DNA of 64,000 bases from an uncultured virus (IMG/VR IMGVR_UViG_3300035698_029539) (Duplodnaviria > Heunggongvirae > Uroviricota > Caudoviricetes), in IMG/VR virus record IMGVR_UViG_3300035698_029539, one strand, 5' to 3'. The notes below the pieces were generated by a model that saw nothing but the letters and a program-made list of their open reading frames with translations, did not search any database and was not told the DNA's origin. The translations under genes were made by a program, and so were the position numbers. Position 1 is the first letter of the stretch. The number at the start of each line of letters is the position of its first letter. Of the stretch, positions 38,725-47,941 are shown piece by piece.

Positions 38725-39161
38725 TCATCATTCCTCCAGCCAACCAATAATATAATCACAGGTTTTTCACATCCTAATAATTCCATAACCTCTTCAGGTC
38801 TAAAATGACCTATCCAGCAAGTCCCCAAACCCAAATCAACAGCTTTCAAATCCATACACATCGCACACGCAATACAATCGTGAATATGTTTGGCAATTCC
38901 AGATTTCAAAATACGTTCATCCTTCCCACAGACCACAAACGCCATACTGCATTCCCCAACATATCTTTGATTACAACAAGCCTTTTGAAGTCTATCTTTC
39001 AATACACCCACCACACATATGACATCCCTTCTCGGACCTCCACTCGCATAAGGAGCCCTCTCACCAGCCCATAATATTTGCTCAGCAATATCATTACCTA
39101 TTTTCTTCTTCAAATATTTTCGGCAACTCCTTCTCTCATTCAGCACATCATCCAGTTTCAT
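38721..39161 (-). CDS. Nitroreductase-family protein
   Basis: RRSCRKY, APYA, AVDLGLGTCWIG. Confidence 0.9.
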   Translation of the reverse strand: MKLDDVLNERRSCRKYLKKKIGNDIAEQILWAGERAPYASGGPRRDVICVVGVLKDRLQKACCNQRYVGECSMAFVVCGKDERILKSGIAKHIHDCIACAMCMDLKAVDLGLGTCWIGHFRPEEVMELLGCEKPVIILLVGWRNDE

Positions 39162-39997
39162 GTAATCACATCACATGCCACCCTACAAGAAATCATAGCA
39201 TAATCTCGCAATTGCTTTTTCGATAGCCCACAATTATCCATTAAATCTAAATATTTTTCGTTATAAATAATATCATCCGTCGCATAGAAAATGGGTATTT
39301 TTCCAGATAAAATACAAGCACATCCAGCATGATATCTCGCCGTATGTACTTCGTCCACCGAATCTATTATCCCAAAATTTTCTTCCACACTTCCACAAAA
39401 TTTTTCTATTGGTAATTCAGCCTCAAAAACCTTTTTCCCCTCCGGTTTCCATATTACTTGCACATCGCCAGCATCGCACAAGTCAAACATCTTTGAAAAA
39501 TTCTTTTTTTGCCCATGCGTACAAAATGCCCGTTTATATGACCGACCATTCCATTTTTTAGGCTCGATGAGAAACGACAAATCCCCACCTATTTCAGCAT
39601 CCAATCCCAAATCAGTAATCATTTTTGCCGACCTTTTGCCACGAGCCACTATATGAGTTCCATCTAATAATTTCCTATCCACACCTTTGAAACTCTGACT
39701 CATCCAAACATACGGCTTATTAAATTTCTTTCTCAATCTCAGCCACTCATACTTATTCTTCTGGCAATTACACAATCCACCCACATCCAATATTCCATCT
39801 GCCCACTTAAAAGCCTTCAAATTATCATTCGGCTCCATAAATGAATCACACCCATCTACCTTTTTATCGTGTATTTTTCTATGCAACGAACAAAATACAG
39901 CATCATCATCCAAAGTTTTAATACCGTTCATCGCCCCCTGTATCATCGCAAGCCCTGCCCCATCATATAACGTCCCTGATACAAATAAATATTTCAT
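39158..39997 (-). CDS. Polysaccharide pyruvyl-transferase-like protein
   Basis: GG, SQS, ARGKRS, DLSF, ARYHA motifs. Confidence 0.7.
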   Translation of the reverse strand: MKYLFVSGTLYDGAGLAMIQGAMNGIKTLDDDAVFCSLHRKIHDKKVDGCDSFMEPNDNLKAFKWADGILDVGGLCNCQKNKYEWLRLRKKFNKPYVWMSQSFKGVDRKLLDGTHIVARGKRSAKMITDLGLDAEIGGDLSFLIEPKKWNGRSYKRAFCTHGQKKNFSKMFDLCDAGDVQVIWKPEGKKVFEAELPIEKFCGSVEENFGIIDSVDEVHTARYHAGCACILSGKIPIFYATDDIIYNEKYLDLMDNCGLSKKQLRDYAMISCRVACDVIT

Positions 39998-40734
39998 ATA
40001 TTATCCCTCCAATACTTTGGATGCGTAGCAACCTGAATCACACTATCGCCCTTTAAATCTTTTATAAATTTATAAAAATCAACATCTTCTTTATCCCGTA
40101 TTCTCCCATTCCATTCATCATCCTCATCAATCCAAAAATGCCATTTTCCCTTTCCACTATCACTCAAATAATAATCCCTCTGTAAAAAATAAGCCTCATA
40201 TAATCCATAATCCAACAAATTAATACTATGCAACTTAATATTATCAATCTGTTCCATCTTATTCTTTTTATACTTGGGAACGCACCCCTTGAAAATTTCA
40301 TAATTTCTAAAATCTAATTTCCTGCATAAGGCATCCCCATGCGACGAAGTTCCGTATATCCTTATGCCATTTCCCCTCAAATATCTAATCTCCCTCCTAA
40401 AAATACTAATTGGTAACTTTTTGTTTTCCAAGCAAAAAGTTAAAATATTATTATGTAATCCAACCTCATGTCCTAAATTCGTTAATACTTTACATTTATT
40501 AATAAAATCCTTTTCTCCATAATATTCACTCGTATGAAGCATAAAAAAAGTCGAATGAATACCCAAATTATTTTCTATTTTGCCCATTTCAATAGCCATA
40601 TCAATATCATGGTCGACATCATGCCTCAACAAGCAAACGCCTTTTTCATTTTTATAATCGCAAATTCTTATAATATTGAAATATTTTTTTATGTGTAATA
40701 AAAATCCATCATAATCCACCACATCACCACCCAT
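39994..40734 (-). CDS. Polysaccharide deacetylase-like protein
   Basis: LRHDVDHD, STFF, GHEVGLH, SSHG, YLSDS, THP.YW. Confidence 0.75.
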   Translation of the reverse strand: MGGDVVDYDGFLLHIKKYFNIIRICDYKNEKGVCLLRHDVDHDIDMAIEMGKIENNLGIHSTFFMLHTSEYYGEKDFINKCKVLTNLGHEVGLHNNILTFCLENKKLPISIFRREIRYLRGNGIRIYGTSSHGDALCRKLDFRNYEIFKGCVPKYKKNKMEQIDNIKLHSINLLDYGLYEAYFLQRDYYLSDSGKGKWHFWIDEDDEWNGRIRDKEDVDFYKFIKDLKGDSVIQVATHPKYWRDNI

Positions 40735-41989
40735 ATATCTGCATCAGTTTATGTGTCTGCGTTTCCATCATATAATCTTTTCTTTTTTCAATTACCAATT
40801 TTCTAACCCTTTCAATATCCTTCTTTTTAAATCCCAACTTCATACTATCAGCAACAATAAATCCCAATTTCGTATTATTAACAAATTTCCTCATATGGTT
40901 AAATCTCATCACCATCGCAGGCAATCCAGCTACTATATATTCATAAATTTTATTTGGTAATGCCCTATCACCAATATATTCATTACCAACCCCACGAACC
41001 CTGTTATATCCACAAAAACCTATATCATAATTCGTCAACGCTGGTATTAATTTATCATAATTCATCCTATTATGAATTCTCACTCTCGTATGCTTACCAT
41101 ATTTCTTTTTTAAGAAGCTGTAAAATTCATTGGCAGGATGTATATGTAAAAAAACATTAGTATTATTCTTCAAAAGCCTATCAAATATCTCGTTATAATA
41201 TCTATGTCCACCGCCATGAGTTTTTGAAACAATACCTCCCTGATACACAACATTCACCATACTATTATTCGTTTTCTTTATCTCTGGAAAATTTACATAA
41301 TTTACAAGCAACTTAATCGTCTCAGTTCTTTTATGAAAGTAATTCTTCACAAATTTAGAAGTCATGACATTAGGCGTTATCAACACATCAGCCACGCTAC
41401 ACATTATAGTCTCAGCTGACCGAGCCGTGGAACACTTCTCCCCAGTCGGATATTGTATCGCCACAACATCATGCAAATCATAAATTACCTTTTTAATGTT
41501 TTTCCTTTGCCTGTTGATAATTCCAACCAATTTAGTAGCAATGTTCGCAAATCTTATATCATGTATATGTAGTATGCATTTTGACTTTTTGGAATTTGCT
41601 TTGATTATATTTTCCAATCTTACAAAATTATCATTAATAACGTAAATCTCATCAGAAAAATCCATTACAAGTTGACTATGATTTTTAGATATCGCATTAT
41701 AAGTACAAACCGATACAATCTTTTTTATACACGGTTTAACCGCTATTAATTTCTTTATATTCGCAATACAAAACAATGGCTGAAAAATAATAAGTGTAGC
41801 ATCCTTCATATCTGGAAGGCTCAAATCATTGCGCATCTTTTCTATTAAATCTGTTCTCATCTTCGGAACAATTTTTTTTGCTTTCAAATTAACTGGATTA
41901 ATTACTTTAGGTCTTCTCATCGGTCTAACCATATTCATACTGTGTATTGCCCCACGATGACGTTTTGTCGACTTTCTCAAACTCGGCAT
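40724..41989 (-). CDS. GT-B (GT4-like) glycosyltransferase with basic N-terminal extension; paralog of 34410
   Basis: IYDLHD, VYQGG, PNKIYEYIVAGLP. Confidence 0.82.
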   Translation of the reverse strand: MPSLRKSTKRHRGAIHSMNMVRPMRRPKVINPVNLKAKKIVPKMRTDLIEKMRNDLSLPDMKDATLIIFQPLFCIANIKKLIAVKPCIKKIVSVCTYNAISKNHSQLVMDFSDEIYVINDNFVRLENIIKANSKKSKCILHIHDIRFANIATKLVGIINRQRKNIKKVIYDLHDVVAIQYPTGEKCSTARSAETIMCSVADVLITPNVMTSKFVKNYFHKRTETIKLLVNYVNFPEIKKTNNSMVNVVYQGGIVSKTHGGGHRYYNEIFDRLLKNNTNVFLHIHPANEFYSFLKKKYGKHTRVRIHNRMNYDKLIPALTNYDIGFCGYNRVRGVGNEYIGDRALPNKIYEYIVAGLPAMVMRFNHMRKFVNNTKLGFIVADSMKLGFKKKDIERVRKLVIEKRKDYMMETQTHKLMQIYGW

Positions 41990-42002
41990 AATATCATTCC
42001 TA

Positions 42003-42905
42003 TTAGTGTATAAACTGTTTACAATCCCTAAACCGTTTCATAATATCATTTCCAATATATGCATCAATATTACCCCTCCATCTCCTATAAGGCATAGCAC
42101 ATCTTCTGATTTTATCGTTTCTATTCGATAAATTATTAAGTCCATCAATTGCCACACCATGAGCCCAATTTTTAGAATCATTATAAGCCACCTTCAGAGT
42201 CCCTCCTTTCACCTTTTCCAAGCTCCGAAATAGCCACAAATCCACACATCTCTTTTTACTTTCATTGGGTAATTTCCTCGCCAGTGCTGTCTTAAACGCA
42301 ACATTGACACCGCATGGATGGTCGAAAGTATAATAATCCATATCCAATATAACAGTTTTGTTCAAAGGAATACTATAATAAAACGTTTTCTTTGATTGAA
42401 TCCAATCCGGCTTTTTTCCCATGAAAATATTGTATGTTTCCTTCAATCGATGCGGTTGATAAAAAGTATCCGCAACATACAACATATATATCTCAGAAGA
42501 AGACGAACTATTCAAAGCAATCTTTTTCCATTTCCTCGATAATGGTATCCAGTGAAGCAACGGAATATATTCAAATCGTTTGCATCCAATCTTTTTTAAT
42601 CTCGGCAAATATTCTAAAATTCTTTCCTCGCCAAACGGCCTGTATTTAGCTCGTATTTCTTCACAAACAATCAATTCCCAATTAAATTTCACACCCTTCT
42701 GACGTACCAAAGATTCCAGACTTGCCCAAGCGATATCCTTCCCTCTGTACAAAGGCATCGCTATCGTCATCTCTATTTTATCACTCGATACAACGATAGG
42801 ATGAAGTTTCTGCTTTTTCTTTGCCACCTTTCTACTCAAATTTTCAAAACTCGGAACCCTCATACCACATCTATTCATCAAGTTGATTTCGTCTTTGATA
42901 CTCAT
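42003..42905 (-). CDS. GT2-like glycosyltransferase
   Basis: TIAMPLY..LESLVRQ..WELIV, VADTFYQPHRL; ATG 42905 is 25 nt below TATA. Confidence 0.7.
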   Translation of the reverse strand: MSIKDEINLMNRCGMRVPSFENLSRKVAKKKQKLHPIVVSSDKIEMTIAMPLYRGKDIAWASLESLVRQKGVKFNWELIVCEEIRAKYRPFGEERILEYLPRLKKIGCKRFEYIPLLHWIPLSRKWKKIALNSSSSSEIYMLYVADTFYQPHRLKETYNIFMGKKPDWIQSKKTFYYSIPLNKTVILDMDYYTFDHPCGVNVAFKTALARKLPNESKKRCVDLWLFRSLEKVKGGTLKVAYNDSKNWAHGVAIDGLNNLSNRNDKIRRCAMPYRRWRGNIDAYIGNDIMKRFRDCKQFIH

Positions 42906-42994
42906 TAGTTCCCAATCATACACACTCAATATTTAAAACCTCAGTATTATACAATGCCAACCTTTAAATATTCAAAAATCATCAATCCACAACC

Positions 42995-43825
42995 ATGTTA
43001 GGAAAAGTAGTATGGCTTACTGGTCTACCATGCAGTGGTAAAACAACAATTGCAAACGAATTATCCAAACATCTATCCAATCCCCTTCTTTTAGATGGTG
43101 ATGTCATCAGAAATACACACATATCATCCGATGTTGGTTTCTCACCCGAAGATAGAAAAAAGCACATTCTGAGAATGGGTTCAATAGCTCAAATTGTAGC
43201 CCAAACAGGAAAAAATGTAATTTGCTCATTCGTTTCTCCCAACCGAGCAGTCCGAGAACAACTAAAATCCGAGATACCAGCATTTGTCGAAGTTTATGTA
43301 GATGTTTCAGCCAAACTTTGCGCTGAAAGAGATGTAAAAGGCATGTGGGCAAAAGCAAAATCCGGCATCATAAAAAGTTTCACCGGATATAACGCACCCT
43401 ACGAAGCACCCCAAAATCCCGACGTAGTATGCGATGCCGAAAATGAATCACTCGAAGAAAGCGTCAATGTAATTCTCAAATTTCTAAATGTCAGATTTGC
43501 AAGAGCTTTATACATTGGAAGATGGCAAACTCCCGACGGCTTACACGATGGGCATAAACACATCATTAGACAATCATTAGACAAAGGAATTCCAGTAGCT
43601 ATCGGAATTCGTGACACATTCCAAGCCAGCGACAATCCTAATTCTGCATACTATTTAAAGAAGAAAATTGAAAATCAAATGATTGATGAGGATGTCGAAG
43701 TATTTGTAATGAGTAATATAAGGTCAGTAAATTATGGTCGTGGAGTCGGATACGAGCTTTTAGAAATAGAAGCACCCAAAGAAATAAAAGATATTTCTGC
43801 CACCAAAATAAGAAATCAAAAATAG
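42995..43825 (+). CDS. cysC: Adenylyl-sulfate kinase fused to an HxGH nucleotidyltransferase domain
   Basis: WLTGLPCSGKTT, LDGDVIR, FVSP, RDVKG, FTG..PYEAP; then YIGRWQ..LHDGH..ISATKIR. Confidence 0.9.
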   Translation: MLGKVVWLTGLPCSGKTTIANELSKHLSNPLLLDGDVIRNTHISSDVGFSPEDRKKHILRMGSIAQIVAQTGKNVICSFVSPNRAVREQLKSEIPAFVEVYVDVSAKLCAERDVKGMWAKAKSGIIKSFTGYNAPYEAPQNPDVVCDAENESLEESVNVILKFLNVRFARALYIGRWQTPDGLHDGHKHIIRQSLDKGIPVAIGIRDTFQASDNPNSAYYLKKKIENQMIDEDVEVFVMSNIRSVNYGRGVGYELLEIEAPKEIKDISATKIRNQK

Positions 43826-43826
43826 C

Positions 43827-44795
43827 TCATTTCATATCGAAAATTTCTTTTACCTTATTTAATTGCCTGTCCGATTGCTCATCATTTTCAACTATTCTCG
43901 GAGGTGTCTGTCCAAGCTTCTGTTTTCCTTTATAAATGTATGAACCAAAATCCGACCATTCATCTGGAGATATGTATTTGCGAACTATCTGTTCACGTCC
44001 CAACGAAGGCGTTTTTCTACGATAATCATACATCTTTTTTCCAATATATTTGTCAACATAACCATCTTCAGTATAATACGGAACTTTGAAATGTTGCCTA
44101 TTCGCCTTATTGAACATACTGTATCTTTTACGACCACGACCAATAAAATAATAATTATAATCCATTATAGAACCAATTCCCTCAAATGCCTCTATTATCA
44201 GTTTTCCCGTAGCAAACATAACCCCGCAATCTCCAATTCCCTTAGTAATAACCGCAGAAAAAGTATCATCGTCATACTCCTCTATCTGCAATAAATACCT
44301 CGTACCCTCATGCTCAGCCATAGCATAAACATTTAAATCATCCTGCCTCCACCAATACCGCCATTTAGCCTCAAATCCACTATTTCTCAATAAAAAAGTT
44401 ACATCATCAGCAATACCATCAAAAGGCACAATATCCACCTTTTCCTTTTCCTTTGCCCTATCAAAACAACCAATATGAAACCTGTAATTGTATTTTATAG
44501 AACGCCTCAAATCGCCACCACGGTTGTAATATTTCTCCCCAACCTCAATATACCTATTGCATTTACCACACATCTGACGCTTACGACATCTTGATATACG
44601 CAAATGCCTCCCATAAGCGCAAATATGACAACCATTATGAATATGACCCAAATCAGTCTCAAATTCATGACCGTTTGGACACAGCAATTTTAATGGAGTC
44701 GAAGAATTAACATATTCACCCAACAATTCAAAACCAGCATCCTCTATCTTTTGAACCGAATGCAATTTCCACTCATCATCAATAAATCCAGTCAT
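43827..44795 (-). CDS. Zinc-finger protein with homing-endonuclease-like N-terminal Zn module
   Basis: YVNSSTPLKLLCPNGHEF..GCHIC, CGKC..HIGC. Confidence 0.55.
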   Translation of the reverse strand: MTGFIDDEWKLHSVQKIEDAGFELLGEYVNSSTPLKLLCPNGHEFETDLGHIHNGCHICAYGRHLRISRCRKRQMCGKCNRYIEVGEKYYNRGGDLRRSIKYNYRFHIGCFDRAKEKEKVDIVPFDGIADDVTFLLRNSGFEAKWRYWWRQDDLNVYAMAEHEGTRYLLQIEEYDDDTFSAVITKGIGDCGVMFATGKLIIEAFEGIGSIMDYNYYFIGRGRKRYSMFNKANRQHFKVPYYTEDGYVDKYIGKKMYDYRRKTPSLGREQIVRKYISPDEWSDFGSYIYKGKQKLGQTPPRIVENDEQSDRQLNKVKEIFDMK

Positions 44796-45010
44796 CCAAT
44801 CCTATATATCTGTGGTAGTATTTCATATTTACTATAATATTCCCCAATGACCACTTCCACCCCGTCCTTCTTTTGTAAATGGGTCACAATTACTGCAATA
44901 CCATACCAAATTACCAAATTACCCCCATCATCCTTGCCATAATACTCCATAGCATTTTTGACATACTGAACACAATTTCGGATTATAAGGTATATGGTCC
45001 ATGATAACAC

Positions 45011-45268
45011 CTAAAATTTAATCGTTTTCGGAGTTTCAATTGGCAATTTCTTTATCTTTATAGACCTTTTGTGATTCATCCAGACACCAGCCATCTTATT
45101 CATTTCAACAGACGACAATAATATCTCATATCCAGTCTCATCAACAATTTTTATTTTCTCTTTCTCGTAATACCATCCACTAATCTTGCCAAAACGAGAT
45201 TCCCATTCATTCCCACATATAGAACAATAAAGAATTCGGTCACCCGACTCGCCCTTCTTGCCCAACAA
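45011..45268 (-). CDS. Hypothetical protein
   Basis: 85-aa ORF, CSIC. Confidence 0.5.
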   Translation of the reverse strand: MLGKKGESGDRILYCSICGNEWESRFGKISGWYYEKEKIKIVDETGYEILLSSVEMNKMAGVWMNHKRSIKIKKLPIETPKTIKF

Positions 45269-45429
45269 CTCATGTGCAAATTTACGTCCATGTTCGCATT
45301 GTCGTATGATAACAACTCCTATTAATACTATGAGGTACAGTTTTCGACAGCCTTACTATAAATTGATTCTATATATAAAGATTTGTAATTCAGTAACCTT
45401 TAAATATTTTCAACTCAAATTTATAAGCA

Positions 45430-45738
45430 ATGCCAGACTTTAAAATCGATAGAGGATGGAAGGAAGACGAGAAATGTGAAGAGGAAGAGGATTTAGAAAA
45501 AGAGGACTTAAAAGAAGAAGAAGAGCCCGAACCTGAAGACAATTCCTTTCGCTTTGAAATGCCAGAGACTCGTATGAATTTTGACTTTCCTCAAGGTGCG
45601 TTTTCCGAATCAATCGGCAGTTATTTTTCCTCAATTCCAAATATTAATATAGATAATAAACAATCTGGTAAAATGCTAATCGGTATCGGAGCTATAACAC
45701 TCGGCGTAGGATTGTATCTTTACTACAAAAAAAGTTAA
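45430..45738 (+). CDS. Acidic tail-anchored membrane protein
   Basis: E-rich N-terminus, C-terminal TM plus KKS; TTTAAATA 25 nt upstream. Confidence 0.75.
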   Translation: MPDFKIDRGWKEDEKCEEEEDLEKEDLKEEEEPEPEDNSFRFEMPETRMNFDFPQGAFSESIGSYFSSIPNINIDNKQSGKMLIGIGAITLGVGLYLYYKKS

Positions 45739-45777
45739 TGAAGATTATTTATATTGCCAATGCCATTATAGGGACAC

Positions 45778-46518
45778 ATGAAATGGCTGATTGTTGGGGA
45801 TGTTCATGGCAAACTGAAAGCGTTTAATTATGCTTTAAATCATACAAAGTTAGATTATGATTTAGTCATACAGTTGGGTGATTTTGGATTCTGGAAAAGC
45901 TGTCTTTTGCACAGTCATAAAAAATTTAAAGAGATGTGTAAAAAACCTATTTTCTTTGTGAGAGGAAACCATGAGGAATATTCTCGGCGACATGAACCTT
46001 TTTTTGACGATTATGAAAATGTGATAGCTCCGATATATTTTAAGGATTGTGACTATATTCCAAGGCACATTAACGATGAGATGATTGACATAGGCGGTCT
46101 AAGCGTTTTAGGCGTTGGTGGTGCGTTTTCGATAGATAGGTCATACCGTAAGCTGGATGAATCGTGGTGGCGACAGGAGATGGTTAATGCGGCTAATGTT
46201 GAACGTATCATACATGAGAGATTAAGACCTGATATAATACTTAGTCATGATGGTCCTCATCAATTTTTCAAGGCGTATAAAAGACCTCAATTGGATGTTA
46301 TGACTGATAATTTTTATGGAAAGCCAGGCGATGCGCAATTAACATTATTATATAATCATATAAAACCGAGATATTGGTTTTTTGGTCATCATCACAAACT
46401 GATGAGGTGGACTGATAAGGAAAGCGGTACGCATTTTATTGCTTTTCCTATCCATGATGAACAGATAGGGATATTTGATACAGAATTTATGGATTTGGAA
46501 ATTACTCCTTGGTGGTAA
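45778..46518 (+). CDS. Calcineurin-like metallophosphoesterase
   Basis: GDVHG, GDFG, GNHE, SHD, GHHH. Confidence 0.92.
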   Translation: MKWLIVGDVHGKLKAFNYALNHTKLDYDLVIQLGDFGFWKSCLLHSHKKFKEMCKKPIFFVRGNHEEYSRRHEPFFDDYENVIAPIYFKDCDYIPRHINDEMIDIGGLSVLGVGGAFSIDRSYRKLDESWWRQEMVNAANVERIIHERLRPDIILSHDGPHQFFKAYKRPQLDVMTDNFYGKPGDAQLTLLYNHIKPRYWFFGHHHKLMRWTDKESGTHFIAFPIHDEQIGIFDTEFMDLEITPWW

Positions 46519-46554
46519 ATAGTTTTACTCCAAAAACTATGGCAAAACCACCCG
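46519..46554. terminator. Palindromic hairpin element between convergent genes
   Basis: ATAGTTTT-actcca-AAAACTAT followed by GGCAAAACCACCCG. Confidence 0.65.
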
Positions 46555-47004
46555 TCAATCCAAACACGAAGCAACAAGCCAACTAACAAATAGAAATACA
46601 ATAACACCTATAAAAAAACACCAAAAAGAACCAGAGGATTCATCTTCCTCTACCATTATAGGTCTCTCAATTTCCTTATCATTGTATCTTATTAATATAT
46701 GAACTATATCAGCATCTATGACACGCAACTCAATTAAAATAGAATCCATCAATTTGGTAATAGATGCATCAGATTGCTTCTCATCAAACAGTTCAAATAC
46801 AGTAAAATTATCAACAGAATTTCGAACAGCTATTTCCAATTCAATATCCGTAACATCTACATCAACTTCCAACATAACGTAAATAGTCGTTCCATCCTCA
46901 TCAGCCGTCCGTACTTCGTGATATTCTGCGCCATATGCACTTACGTTTGGCATCAAAATTATTGCCGACATTATAAATATAATAATAAATATATTCTTTT
47001 TCAT
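46555..47004 (-). CDS. Exported SPFH-like domain protein with C-terminal TM (paralog 1)
   Basis: Signal peptide, AVRNSVDNFTVFELFD core, C-terminal TM. Confidence 0.75.
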   Translation of the reverse strand: MKKNIFIIIFIMSAIILMPNVSAYGAEYHEVRTADEDGTTIYVMLEVDVDVTDIELEIAVRNSVDNFTVFELFDEKQSDASITKLMDSILIELRVIDADIVHILIRYNDKEIERPIMVEEDESSGSFWCFFIGVIVFLFVSWLVASCLD

Positions 47005-47008
47005 TGCA

Positions 47009-47482
47009 TCACTCCAAAATGAACATAAGTATCATAATTATTATAATTGCTAATATTAACACAATAATAAGCACCAAATAAAAAGTATTATCATCTTCCT
47101 CTTCAATTATAGGTCTTTCAATCTCCTTATCATTGTATCTTATCATTATGTGAGTAATTTCCGCATCTATAACTTGTATTTCACCCAAAATCATTCGCAT
47201 CAAATTATCAATAGATACATTAGATTGTAGATTATCAAACAGTTCAAATACCGTAAAATTATCAACAGAATCCCGTACCGCACACTCTAATTCATAATCT
47301 TCCACATATACATTAACCTCTATCGTAACATATATACTCGTCCCATCTTCATTACCTGTCTGTACTTCATGATATTCGCCACCAGTCGGTTCACCACTCA
47401 CTACCACAAACAACAACGATACAATCACTAATATTATACTCATCCCTATTAATATATTCAAATATTTCAGTTTCATATTCAT
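47009..47482 (-). CDS. Exported SPFH-like domain protein with C-terminal TM (paralog 2)
   Basis: AVRDSVDNFTVFELFD and IRYNDKEIERPI, nearly identical to paralog 1. Confidence 0.75.
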   Translation of the reverse strand: MNMKLKYLNILIGMSIILVIVSLLFVVVSGEPTGGEYHEVQTGNEDGTSIYVTIEVNVYVEDYELECAVRDSVDNFTVFELFDNLQSNVSIDNLMRMILGEIQVIDAEITHIMIRYNDKEIERPIIEEEDDNTFYLVLIIVLILAIIIIMILMFILE

Positions 47483-47485
47483 ACC

Positions 47486-47941
47486 TCATATGGCTCGTTC
47501 TCGTGATAATACAATAAATAAAATCATAGCAAAAATCATCAATGTTACAACAATTAGTAATGCAAATGATGTATCGGGAATTGCCTTATCTTCTACAGGA
47601 GTCGCCCACGCAACCCGATTACCCTCATATTCTAAAACTATATTTTCAACTTCGGCATTTATAATGTTAATCTCAGTCCGAATATCATTGAGCAAACTTT
47701 CCATAGTTTCTTCCCATTTGTTATTATCAAACAGTTCAAACGCTGTAAAATTATCAACAGAATTATGTACTGCCAACTCCAAATCAGACGTATGGACACT
47801 GACTTTTATTTGAACGTGAATCATTTTACCATCACTACTCAGTACATTATATTCCCCTTCGGTCGGTTCGGCATTCGCTATCGTTACTAACAGCAACAAA
47901 ACTAATACCATCCCTATCATAATTCGTCCTATCGTTTTCAT
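47486..47941 (-). CDS. Exported SPFH-like domain protein with C-terminal TM (paralog 3)
   Basis: Likely start MKTIGR; VLSSDGKMIHV, AVHNSVDNFTAFELFD. Confidence 0.75.
   Translation of the reverse strand: MKTIGRIMIGMVLVLLLLVTIANAEPTEGEYNVLSSDGKMIHVQIKVSVHTSDLELAVHNSVDNFTAFELFDNNKWEETMESLLNDIRTEINIINAEVENIVLEYEGNRVAWATPVEDKAIPDTSFALLIVVTLMIFAMILFIVLSRERAI

Noticed and set aside
43827..44795. Active homing endonuclease or mobile element
   Set aside because: Only the N-terminal Zn module is recognisable; no HNH, GIY-YIG or PD-(D/E)xK core identified
44792..45010. 72-aa ORF as a real gene
   Set aside because: An alternative frame has CxxC pairs interrupted by stops around an 8-bp duplication; probably a decayed gene and cannot be resolved
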